Shown piece by piece: positions 50,216 through 62,744 of a DNA stretch of 64,000 nt (position 1 is the first letter of the stretch; each line of letters starts with the position of its first letter). The position numbers and the translations under genes were made by a program. Location of the stretch: NCBI GenBank assembly GCA_034780895.1, contig JAUZTB010000062.1, positions 15,173,795 to 15,237,794 on the forward strand. The letters run 5' to 3'. Source of the stretch: Rhynchobatus australiae (taxonomy: Eukaryota). The notes beneath the pieces were generated by a model. It made no database searches and had not been told where the DNA came from. It was given only the letters and a program-made list of their open reading frames with translations.

Positions 50216-52989
50216 CGAACGAATCTGTATGTATCTCGAAATACTTGTTTTCTTTGAAGTGCAATAGGTATACAACGTCAATCTGGACAGCAAAGGTTCA
50301 TGAAAGCGTGTTGCAGGGTCAAAATATATTTTGAAGTAGGGACTTTATACAGCTTCTTAATTACACCTTTGGTTCAGACAATACAAGCAAAAAAAATCCT
50401 TCGTCATTGTACAAGTGAAACCAAAATTTCCGACTCTGGTCGGAAGATCAAGTAAAAAAAATTGCATTCCGATGTTATATAAATATTCAACCAATTATTG
50501 AAGCAAGCATTTTAAAACAATTATAGAGAATACTATGAAAATTCTGCCCGTGTTGACGTTCATTGACTGTTGTTATCTTGTGTGAATGTCCTAGCTGTGA
50601 ATAACCCCAAGCGATTTAAAATGGAACAAAATAAACGACCTTTACTTCATTATCATGTTACAAAGTCCAGCCAGGCTAGAAGATGCAGCACAACATATAG
50701 TCATCTGTCAGTGGAAAGTACAGAAGGTAAATGTGTCTAGAAATTCCCCACGAATGGTCTTTGGACTTGTGGCGGCTCCCTTCGCACCACTTCAAACGGA
50801 AACCTTGAGAAAACAATCCACGCAGAGCTTTCGCTAAGACATTTTGTTCCACCCTGTATTGAGGTTGTTTAACAGCGTTTTATCTTGTGGTTGAAAATTC
50901 AATTTTAAGTTTCAAAGAGAGAAGCCTGGGGCCTATGTGCCCGATTAAGATAATAATTATTAATATAGATCGGCAAACCGCTTGGCTGTCTTACATCCTT
51001 GTTTGACGGTACATATTAATAATTTATCTTCGCTTCCTGACATCAACGCATTTTATCTATCTGCCGAAACATCTCTCGTGTAGACAAACGTCAACTTGGA
51101 CCTGAAGCTGCAGATTTTCAAATGGAAACATAGAGCTTGTTTCTGTTGTCCTGCGTATGGATTCCCGCTATTTTTCTCCACTGATATTTTACTCTACCAC
51201 ACTAAATCAAGAAACGATGGTGGGAAAACTCCTGCAGTAAATGTTGGGGATGGTGGGAGGCTGTAGGATAGAAAGTGGAGCCTCAAAATTCGAGACTTTG
51301 AGCGTCGTGAACAACAGATTAAGTTTTCCTGACATGCCTGCCATCTGTTCAGTTCTAACTAACAGACCTGATCAGATTCATTCCTCGATATAATTGTCCT
51401 GCATTCCGTTATGCATGTATGCCTATCATTAGAACAGCACTCCGCAGAGTGTTGTTCTCAATTATAAGGTCACAACCTTTCTGGTATTACAATCAACTGC
51501 TTCCCAATTTTCAGTTTATGTCGAATTTATTGTGAGGAATGGATTAATCAATTGTCAGGAATTTAACAAAGAGGCGATGTTATTAAATAAAAAAAGTACC
51601 CCCATATTGCCCTATCCACTCGTTCGCTTTTAATTTGCATCGTGTTGAGAGACCCGATTATACAGAACTCAGGAACGCAAGAGTTTGTTTACATCAACAT
51701 TCAATTGGATTTCACCTCCAATGGCACTTCAATTGCAAGGAACGCCTGACTGTCACTAGTCAGCATGCCTTCACCTTAGAACTTTAATCTATGGATAAAA
51801 AATTGGTTTATATCGCTAAATACTCTAGATAGAGCATGCCCAAGTTTGGCGATCGGAGCTCAGGGAAACGAACACGTCCCACGCATTTTTGGGCACAATT
51901 TCTGTTCGAACTATAATCCTTAACGCATTCCTGCGGTGCAGAATTCTGCTTGAATGGACTTTCACAGGAAACAAATCATTGGGTGATTCTTGGCAGTGGT
52001 GAAGGAAGGGAAGTCTTTATCGGACCGTTTGCTCCAGCAACCTTTTCAATAGAAAATGGGAAATAAATGCTATTAAATCACACTTAGGAGGATTTTTTCC
52101 AAATTAGTAGAAGCATAAATACTATCCAGGCAGTACTGGTACCCGTACACAAATGTCATCATAAAAAAAAGATTTTTAAAAGTCCTATTTTGGATGTGGG
52201 TGCTGGCACTTATTGTCCATCTGCACTTGGCCTGAGAAGGCAGTGATGGGCCTTCTTCCTGAACAAGAGACAGAGGTAGTCCCACAAAGATTCTTATTAA
52301 TTAGAATGGTATGATACATCTGAAATGATTAAAGACTCAATCCCGTTGGCAGCGATATGCAAATAATTCACAAATTGCTCCATTGGATTTGAACCATTTA
52401 TGGCTACTAGCTGGATATAATCAAAAGAACATGTCTTAACTTAACAGAGCGTCAACACTTTCCCATTTAAAATCCTTTAAATTCAGCAGAGCAATAGAGT
52501 TCACCTTTTTATTGTTTTCTTCTGAACTAAGGCCCACATTTTAGATTGGTTGTTATCTTTCACGTTCTGGTCTTGCTTTTATATGCACTGGATAATTAAA
52601 GAATGGTTGTGTGCAAGCCTTTATAGTTGTAGGACAGAGTAGTGCAACAGGGACAGGTTAGTAGAGGAAATTTGTCTTGTAGACGTTGGGTATAAGGTTC
52701 ATCCTCTCATATACTTCAGTAAAAGTGTTGACAATGACTTGCAGCTCGGCCTCTGAACATGTGAAACTGCAAGAGTTTCCTGCATACTGCAGCTTGACTA
52801 CTGATGTTTGGGTAACAGAACTAGTGCCATCTGCCCGCATTTGGCCCATAGCCCTCTAAACCTCTCCTGTCCGTGTACTTATCTGGGTGGTTTTTAAATG
52901 TTGCTGGCAGAGCAGGACCTTGGGCTTGTTGTTATCCAGCCTGTGAGTATTGGATATTTCCACTTGCAAAGTGGAAATGAAAATTGGAC

Positions 52990-55900
52990 CACCGCATTTG
53001 GATCACTAAGATCACTTCTGGTGCAGGTGGGACCTGTCCAAGAAGGATGGGTTACGCCTGAATTGGAAGGGGACCAGTGTCCTTGTAGGGAGATTTGCTC
53101 ACGCTCCTTGGGAAGGTTTAAACTAATCTGACAGGGGAGTGGGAAACCAGTGTGGCAAATTGGGGGATTGACCCAAATGTAGAAAATAAATCAAGCAAGT
53201 CCAGTGAGCAGAGCAGGCAAGAGGTAGGTTAGAGAGCAGTGGTTGGTGGGGGGGGAGGAGGGTGCTGGTGGGCTCTATTGCATTTACTTTAATAAAGGTA
53301 AGTCAGACAAGCTTAGAGCATGGATCAGCACCTGGAATTATGATATTACTGCAACCACAGAAACGTGGTTGAGTGAAAGGCAAGACTGGTAGCTTAATGT
53401 TCCGGAGCGTAGAGAAGTGACAGAGGGGGATGCAAAGGAAGAGGGGGAGTTGCACTTCTGATTGGGGAGAACATCACAACCATACGTGGAGAGGATATCC
53501 TGGAGGGACCATCCATATGGGTAGAAACTAGGAATAAGAGAGGGACAACAATTTTTCTGTGTTTGTGCTCAAGGCCTCCCGATAGCCAATGGGAATTACA
53601 GAAAATGTTGGTTGGGGAACACTTTGGGAACAGTGACCATAATGCTTTAGGTACTTGAAAAAGGTAGTTATGGAAAGGTATAAGGTTGGTCCTCAAGTTA
53701 AGGTCCTAAATTGAAGGAGGGCTGATTTCAATAGCGTATGAGAGGATGCGGCGAAAGTAGAATAGGAGCAGACATTTGTGGGTAAAATGACCCGACAGCT
53801 GAGAGCCTTTAAAAAGGGAGTTAGAAAGAGGATAGGGCAAGCACATTCTGATAAGGGCCATGATGACAAGATTAGGGAACCTTGGATGACAAAGTTTATT
53901 GAAGGTTTGATCATGAAAAAAAGAAAGCATATGACAGGTATAGACCACTGCAATCAAGCAAGTCTCCTGAGGAATATAGAGGTGCATGAGAGCAAAGAAA
54001 GAAATTAGGAGGCCTGAAAGGTGCTATGAAATACACTTGGCAGGTAAGATAAAGGAGAATCTTTAGTTATTCTATAATTATACCAGGAGCAAGAGGGTAG
54101 CTAGGGAAAGTGTGGGTCCCCTTAGGAACCAAAGGGGTAATCTATGTATAGAACCAGGGGATATGGATGAGGTCACAAATGAATACTTCTCAACTGCATT
54201 CACCAAGGAGAAGGATGTGGAAGATAGTGAGTTTCAGGAAGGGTACGTTGCTAGCTTGGAGCATGTCAGTAGTATGAAGGTGGAGCTGCCAAATGTCTTG
54301 CAATGCATTAGGGTGGATAAATCCCCAGGGCCATGTGAGTTCTATCCAAGAATGGTATGAGAAACAGGGGAGGAGATTTCTGTGGCCCGGGCAGAGATTT
54401 TTCCATCTTCTTTAGCCACAGGAAAGATACCAGAGGACCAGAGGATAGTTACTATTCTTACTTCATTTAAGAAGGGCAGCAGAAATTAGCCATGTAACTA
54501 CAGGGTGGTGAGACTTATGTCAGTGGTAGGAAAATTATTGGGGCAAATTCTCGGGGAAATGATTTATGTACATTTGTAAAGGCAGGGACTGATTAGGGAT
54601 AGTCAGCATGGTTTTGTGCAGGTGGAAATTATTTCTCACTAATTTGATTGAATTTTTTGAGGAGTTAACANNNNNNNNNNNNNNNNNNNNNNNNNNNNNN
54701 NNNNNNNNNNNNNNNNNNNNNNNNNNNNNNNNNNNNNNNNNNNNNNNNNNNNNNNNNNNNNNNNNNNNNNGAAGATTGATGAAGGTAGCAGATGCTGTCT
54801 ACATCGAGTTTAGTAAGGTATTTGACAAGGTAACTTGCTAAATTGGTTGATTATTGTCACATGTACCAAGGTACAGTGAAAAACTCGTCTTGCATACTGT
54901 TCATATAGATCAATTCATTACACAGTGCATTGAGGTAGTACAGGATAAAACTATAACAGAATGCAGAATAAAATGTTACAGTCACAGAGAAAGTGCAGTG
55001 CAGGTAGACAATAAGGTGTAAGGTCTTAACGAAGTAGATTGTGAGGTCAAGTCAAGGTCCTGCCTGGTAGGCTGGTCCAGCACAATAAGGCACATGGGAT
55101 CCAAGGTGATAGCGGCTTGGTGATGGAGACAGAGACTAGTGGTGGAAGGATGTTCTTCTGATTTGAAGGCTGTGACAAGTGGTGTACCACTAGTCACAGC
55201 CTTCAAATCAGAAGGGATCAGTGCTGGGACCTTTGCTGTTTGAGATCCATGCGAATGCCCTGATGTGCCTGTAGGAGGTATGATTAACAAATTTGTAGAT
55301 GACATGAAAATTAATGGTGCTACAGATAGCAAGGAAGGATACAGCAGGTTATAGATCAGATGGAAAGTTTGGCAGAGGATTGACAGATGGAATTTAATCT
55401 TGACAAGTGTGAGGTGATATATTTTGGGAAGTCAAGTAGGGGGAGGACATATACAGTATATGGTGGGTGCTAAGGTATGTTGATGCACCGAGGGACCTTG
55501 GAGTTCCAGTCCATTGTTTCCTGAAGGTTGCAACACATANNNNNNNNNNNNNNNNNNNNNNNNNNNNNNNNNNNNNNNNNNNNNNNNNNNNNNNNNNNNN
55601 NNNNNNNNNNNNNNNNNNNNNNNNNNNNNNNNNNNNNNNNNNNNNNNNNNNNNNNNNNNNNNNNNNNNNNNNNNNNNNNNNNNNNNNNNNNNNNNNNNNN
55701 NNNNNNNNNNNNNNNNNNNNNNNNNNNNNNNNNNNNNNNNNNNNNNNNNNNNNNNNNNNNNNNNNNNNNNNNNNNNNNNNNNNNNNNNNNNNNNNGAAAG
55801 CTGCAGGATGACCTGATAGAAGTATATGAGAGACATAGATTGGATAGAGAGTTCAGGGTAGGTGTATCCAAGAGAAGAGGATATAGGTTTAAGGTGAGAG

Positions 55901-56158
55901 GAAGGAGTTTTAAACAGGATATGAGGGATAATTTTTTTACTCAGAGTGATTGATATCTGGAGCTTACTAACAGGGAAGGTAGTGGAGTCAGATGCAATGA
56001 CCATGTTTAAGAGACATTTAGGTAGCCACTTAAATAGGCAAGGCATAGAAGAATACTATAATGCAGGCAACTGGGATTAGTGTAGATGGGTAAAAATGTC
56101 AGCATGGGTGTGCTGGGCTGAAGGGTCTGTTTCTGTGCTGTACAACTCTGTGACTCTA
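52990..56158 (+). mobile_element. Long degraded CR1 LINE (endonuclease, RT, 3' tail)
   Basis: YDI.A.TETWL, GEHFGNSDHN, EPWMTK, NEYFSTAFTKE, DKSPGP, EFSKVFDKV, KFVDD; tail tgtgctgtacaactctgtgactcta. Many stops and frameshifts. Confidence 0.9.
54832..55052 (-). mobile_element. Rex-Babar 3' tail nested inside the CR1
   Basis: Matches 24830-25040; flanked by direct repeat CAAGGT (54826-54831 and 55053-55058). Confidence 0.8.
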
Positions 56159-58609
56159 ATGGCAGAAGTGTCCACATGAAAGTCACTAAAAATGACTGAC
56201 AAGGATGGAAAACTGGGAAGGGATCCGACTGTGATAGAGGTTGAAGTGATCACAGAAGATCTAATGCCTGTTTCTGTTGTAAAAACTGTAAGCTGTGCTT
56301 TGCCAATTGCCATAGGAGTAGGTAGTGAATGATTGGAGGCTTGGGAGAACATCTAATTCTCAAGAAAAAGGAACTGCATGGAAAAGTTCTAGACCAGTGA
56401 GTTTTATTTTCAATCTGTTAATCTAAATGCCAATTTTTTTCACCCTAATCTCAATGACAATGGTCACTTTCATTTACCTAGAGTGCCAAAAGTGATCCTG
56501 GGACACAAGCCAGCCATCATAAGTCTACCACATCACTGCTTGAACCATCAATTAACTCAGCTGACAATTCACTCTTGGCAATGCACATCCTATGCCTAAG
56601 CATGGTGTAATAACTCTTAAAGAAATGTGATTGTGAATGTTAGTTCACTAAACAATTGGCTCTGTTGATATTTATGGTCTGTTCAGGAGTGGGAGGCCAG
56701 GAATGGGACCCAGTAAAATGGAAGGGCAGAGGCAAGAGGAGAGAAAAGCGTTTGAATGCTTAATGCTACCAAAGAAAGAATCTAACTAACAAGACAAACT
56801 ATGCAAAGTTAGATGGTAGAAGGGGTGTGAAATTATGGGGGAGTTGGGTAGCAAGGCAGTGGGCAATGAAGTAATTAGTAGGGTGGATGAGGTGGAAGAT
56901 GTGGGATTGTAAGGGCAACAGTGATATTTGCGTAGTGGTTTGACAAGGAAAACAGCCCAAGATTGAGAGTTGGGTGTTGAGGCAGGGCACAACTGCTGTG
57001 GCAGTGAGCAAGTAAAGATTTTAAATCGTCAGTATGACTAAAGAAAACACAACATAGGAGATCGGAGAGTTAATATGTGATCAAGCCAGGATGGCAACAA
57101 CAACTACAGAGAAAACAAAATGTAAATAGCTCTAAGAAAGTAAAATGGGTGAATAAATGACAGATTCCGGAAGAAGAATGAGACATGTCATACCTTGATA
57201 TTGTAGCTGCTCTTTTTTAGCACTACACGTGAGACATGCATTCTGCTATTACTGTACAGCAGAAGGAACAACAAAAAATGATTCATAGGAAAAAACAATT
57301 ATGACAAAAGGAAGTATGCATCATTACATGAGTTTTATTATACTACTGGCAGATTCTTCATGGAATTGTGAACATTGAATCAGAGGGTTTGCTGCTTCTG
57401 GGTCTGATAGCAAATAAGAATGTGAACATTCTAATCACCAGCCATCTAAAAAAGTACAAGTGGTAAATTTCAAAATTTAAATCATGCTATGTTTTTGAGC
57501 AAAAATAAACAAGGAACCACCTAGCATTTGACTCCCCATGTCTATAAATTACGAGAAATTATGTTCACATTTTCCACCTATCAAGAAAGCAGGTGATGAT
57601 CAGATGGGATAATTGGAAATTGCTTGCTTCAGAGCTCACTGCAACAAGCAAAGCCTTAATGAATTGCAGAGTTTATAGAACACAACAAAAGCTCCAAGTG
57701 TGTGATTAATAGAGACTTCACACTTTCCCCAACACAAAAATGCGTACAAAGTGTCTCTGCTCAATAAAAATAGAACCAGAATAAAGATTTTGTAGCTTAT
57801 CTGCTAGCTTTTCTTCAAATAATTTGAATTTCCTTTGATCAGAAACTGATTGAAGATAAAGAATAACATTCCATTAGTTCAGCTGATAATATTGCTGCAT
57901 CCCCGGAAATTAAGTGCATTGTGCATTCACAATTTAAATTCATTGTGTCATCCTTATGACCTGTAACGTCAAACCCAAACCATAGCCTTTGGCAATCACA
58001 GAGGTTATCAAGCAGAACTTCTGAGGCATCAAATAACACATAGCAATTTAATAGATGACTTTAATCTGTTAAAGTCATAACATTAAAGGCATTTTGTTAA
58101 AGTCTTTATTTTTGGACACCAGAAATTTTAGTAAATGGGAAAAATGCAGAAGTAAATATTATTAGACAGTATTATGGGACTGGCTAATATCCATTGGTTA
58201 GACTGAGTAATCACAATGGCCAGAGAGGATAGAAATTTATAATGTGCAAAAAACAATAAAGCTTATGGCAAAAAAACTTTACAGCAGTAAACTAAATTTT
58301 ACAAAGAGTAAGTGCATGCAAATATTACTAATTTGTCCATATCCTTACCTTCCCAGTCTACACCCATGAAAAAAATATCCATTGCTTCATATCATAGCCA
58401 AAATTGAAACTTCCCAGGTGCTGGAAATCTGAAGCAAAATGACAATGCTGGAAATAAGCAGGATGCCAGGCTGCGTCTGGGAATAGAGAAGTTGTCAAAT
58501 ATAGCTTTAGGTTTATTAACCATTTTAAGAGTTCAATTAATAATTACATTTTTGTTTCTGTTAGCTACATAATATGACTTTACAGCAAAATAGCTTTTAT
58601 TATTCGTTG

Positions 58610-59148
58610 CAAGAAAGCGTAGATGATGAAAATCCAAAATCAGAAAATGCTGGAAGCACTCAGCAGATCAAGTGGTGACAGTGGGGGAAACAGAATCAAT
58701 GTTTCAGCTCAACATATCTTCAGTGAGAGTGAGGCTTTGAGAGAACAGAAAGAATGTCTTTGTTAGGATGAAGGCTGAAGTTGTCAAAGGAGCATTTAGT
58801 TTCAGAACTCCCAGTTAGATGCAGAAAAGGAAAATGAAGCAATGAAATAGTAGGGCCTGGCCATATCTGAGAGAAACAAAACAGGATGATTATGTGAAAT
58901 TGTTCAATTCAACATTAAGTCCCATGAGCTGCAGTGTACTGATTTATGAGGCACTGTTGGGCATCATTGGAGCAATGTAGAAGACTGAGGATAGAGAGGT
59001 CAGAGTGGAAACAGGATGGAGAATTAAAGTGACAGGTGTGTGATAGCTCAGAAAAGGAGGTTTTCCACAAAGCAGTTATCCAATCTGCACTTCGTACCTG
59101 CAGTTCAGAGGAGATCACATTGTGAGCATCAAATGCAATACACTAAGG
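58610..59148 (-). mobile_element. Penelope-like element relic: GIY-YIG endonuclease C-terminus plus terminal repeat
   Basis: Minus strand from about 59146: LVYCI*CSQCDLL*TAGTKCRLDNCFVE, then HFNSPSCFHSDLSILSLLHCSNDAQ. The family arm (tgctggaagcactcagcag, about 58648) lies downstream. Confidence 0.75.
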
Positions 59149-59547
59149 CGTTACCTTGACTACTTTGGTCTGCCCATATACAAAAGCATTCAGTGTGTAA
59201 ATAGTGGCCAAAGTGGACAATAAGTTATTATGCATAAGTTCACACAGTGTAAGAACAGAAAATTCAGTGTATTCTAAATGTGACTGACACAGAAAACAAA
59301 AAGAAATAAGAATAATTTGCCTTTAAAGAGAATGTTGCGATCTGACACAATTCATGTCTCCTTTAAAGACATGCCAGATAAGTTAACAAATCATCCTAAA
59401 AGTAATTTCTGAGTGCAGCAGCAATCTTTGGCAATGGTGTAATCATTTATTTATCAATAACTTCTCTTTACATCAGATTATTACTGTACAAAAATGTCCT
59501 AAATGAATTAACCACNNNNNNNNNNNNNNNNNNNNNNNNNNNNNNNN

Positions 59548-59730
59548 AACCACATATGGAAATATAAGGGGTTGGTCAAAGAGATAGGTTTTAAGTAGCA
59601 TATTAAAGAAAGATAAAGCAAAAAATTCCTGAGCTTGGGACACGGATGTCAGTGTTGTAGTGATTAAGTTCATGGATAAGCAAGAGGTCAGAATTAGAGA
59701 GTTATAGGGTGGGAGGCATTGTAGAGATGG
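59548..59730 (-). mobile_element. L2 LINE 3' fragment
   Basis: Minus peptide FNMLLKTYLFDQ, similar to the L2 C-terminal FK..LKT.LF motif. Confidence 0.5.
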
Positions 59731-60094
59731 GGAGAATATCTTTCACTCCATTATTGCAGCAAATTTTCAAATGCACACAATCAATGTGTGTGGCATAATG
59801 ATGGAGTAAGGTTCTGATAGTAGTATATTTAAGCTACAGAATGACAATAATTCTAATCATAAATATTAGCTCGTATCATGTTCATGCATTATTTACCTCA
59901 TATTTTGTTAAAGTATAGCTACAAGTAGCTGCAGAAGTAACTTCAAATTTAACTTAATGCAAAACTTGCAGTAACTTACATTTCCTTGTATATTTTTTAC
60001 TTACATTATTCACCTGTATTCAGAGATTTAAAAAAAACAAATTTGTTGCATAATTTGTACACTAGATCCTACATTTAAAATCCTCTTTATTTAA

Positions 60095-60415
60095 TATGTC
60101 AGCTGTGGCTCAGTCCTGTCTCTGAATCTGAAAGTTTTAGATTCATGTCTCACAAGAGATTTGAGTAAAACATCTTGCTGAAACTCCAGTTTGCTACTAC
60201 TCTATCAGGTAGTCTTTTGAACAATATTTATCTTTCTACAAATATCACAAAATATTATCTGGTTGTTGACTTAGAGATGTTTGTGGGAGCTTGCATGCAA
60301 ATTGACTGCTGCATTTTGTACATAACAAGAGTGACTATTCTTCCAAACTACTTGGCTGTAAAGGGCTTTGCAAAGATCCGAGCTAAATGTGATAGAGAAT
60401 TGCAGGTCTTCTTTT
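60095..60415 (+). mobile_element. Deu-domain SINE (SacSINE1-like), internally deleted
   Basis: Head tcagctgtggctcagt, core aatatttatc, tail gtttgtgggagcttg...ttggctgtaaag. Confidence 0.6.
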
Positions 60416-61849
60416 TAAAGTTGCTTATTTTCATTCTTCTCATGCAAGCTCCTGCCTTCCCCTTCTACTTCTTGAGTCATACATGAAGCATTTCAGAGTG
60501 ACTTTTGTCTATCCAACACTGTTTAATAGTTCAGCAAAGAATAAATAATATTCATCAATTTGAGCTTAGCTTCTGACCATTAGCCATTTTGTTACTGGGA
60601 CAGCCCAAAGATTCCAGCCTTTTGAATACACTGGTCAAACTCAACCTTAATATATTTGTACATTAAAAAAAGCCTCTTTGTCCTTTCCATTTATATTGCT
60701 GAAATTTTAAAAAGACAAATTGATAAAAACAATGTTACTTTGGTATTTGTTATTGTCTTCTCATTAATTTGAGAACATGTGCTCTCTTGTAAAATGCATG
60801 TATTTAAAAACTGGCCTAAAGTGCTTTTCTGATAAATCACACAAGATTGATTGTTTTTTGCCCACTTTTATCCTCTTTTATCCACTTCTTTTGTTGTCCA
60901 CTTCTTCCCTATCACTGAATTAAAACAAAACCAGAAAAATTTGCATCTCCCTGTGCAGGATTGTATGCTTTCCTCATTTTTCTTTTTCTTAAGCAACACA
61001 ACTGTTAATTTTAGTTGCTCAGATTGTTACATTCATGGAAAAAGCCAACATCTGTTGTGAGGTGTATCTTCAAACATAACTACATCAATATTGTGTATCT
61101 TATTAGAACTTATCAGAAATGGTACATTGAAAATAAATGAGTTAACCAATTTTTCAACTATATTCTTCAGGCATTTCTCAACTTTATTTTCAAAGATGAG
61201 ATTTACTTGGAAAGTATATTTTAGAAACTGTCTCGAATGTAATTGTAAATATCCAATAGTACTGAACATACAAAGCTTTTTCTGAAAAAATCTCCTTCAG
61301 TTATATAAGGATGTGCTACATTCAGGTATACATCTCTGAATCCTGAGCTAAACCTGTTACCTCATGCTGTAAAGCTGAGGTTTATGAAATAATTCACAAC
61401 AGTGTGTAACACTTTTTTTGTCAAATGCTGAGGCAGCTCACCTGCTTTTCTGATAAATAAAACATTGATTAATTCTCACATGTATAGTCATCTTCAGATT
61501 GATGTGCCTCACCATGTATTTTTCAACATAATTCACAGAACATTTGGTGAGAATGTTTTTTGCGTTTTATACCAGGATATCACTAGTTGCAGAATTTAGC
61601 AAGGAAATGCAAATGATAAACTTGTGGCTTTTGTGAAGAAACAAAGAATGGTTAAAAGTGAGCTTGAGAAGTAGTTGTGAGGTTCAGTAATTCCCTGGTG
61701 TGTACACGGAAGTCTGGCTTAAGTATGCTTCAAGTATATTGTAATCTTGTAAAACTTGGGTGCATCATCTTAAAATTGTAGAGTAGATGGAACATGGTGA
61801 CTCTTATCTGTCGTCAATGTCTTGAATGGTGTTGGATGTGCAGATATTT

Positions 61850-61995
61850 GAACTTGCGAGGTCTCCAAAAAAAATGCAGGGAACAGCACCAACCACAATA
61901 CATGGCCTTCTTTGACTTCAATAAAGCCTTTGATTCCATCAACTCGGAGGGACTGTGGAACACCCTCCACATATTTGGCTGCCCGCAGAAATTGT
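61850..61995 (+). mobile_element. RTE reverse transcriptase fragment
   Basis: LQKKCREQHQPQYMAFFDFNKAFDSINSEGLWNTLHIFGCP. Confidence 0.8.
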
Positions 61996-62744
61996 CTATC
62001 AATGCAACTGTTCCAGGTGAGAATCAAAATGTATAGCACTGGATCACTCTGTTAAATTTGGTTATTTTTATCGTGATTTTTCAGTTGCTGCTGTTACCCA
62101 ACTATTTACTGGGAATAATGGATAACTTTTCCATTGTTAAATTCTTTAGCAAAGCAGCAAGTCTCCAATCAGCTCCACAGCCCTCCCAAGGTTTGCAGCC
62201 AGTGCCTATGTGGCCCCACCCTCCTGGGGTGTTTCTGGTGTAATGCTGCTTCCCAGTAAAGGTGACCGAGTTCCTTCAGGCATTGCCAGGTCTTTTTTCT
62301 TTTGAGGTAGTCCTTTGGGATTGAGGATGACTTGCTTCCACTCCAGCTTTGTGGATACTGAAGTGGCTAATGAGGACAGTGTAAGAACTGCAGACTCTTC
62401 CAGGGAGGAACCAGTTATGTGAGATGCCTTGCAAAGTGGTCGAGGTCATCGTAACTAATCCAAATTAGGTGAAACAGGCCTGAGCTAAAGGGTATTTTTA
62501 AGGCAAGCTTCAGGCTTTCAAACAGAGATGCAGATTCTATTGGTTTATGTTATAATATGTAATTTATTAGTATGCCACAGAAACAGGTTCATTAGCTAAC
62601 TACTGGCAATTTTCTTCAACAAATTACATCATCCTGCTCTTCAATGTTTCTCTTTAAAAGGAGATATGTGAAACCATTTTAGAATTTGCTTGCAACAAGG
62701 GTTTCACTTTGAACTTGTTCTAACTTCCCCATTTTTTCTCAGCT

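Larger units (their letters stand above)
33950..52100. promoter_or_regulatory. Large CpG-retaining (probably germline-unmethylated) domain around CBX8
   Basis: Hand count: 18 CpG in 50881-51480, against 1 in 28801-29400 and 3 in 57601-58200, all AT-rich samples. Boundaries approximate. Confidence 0.7.
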
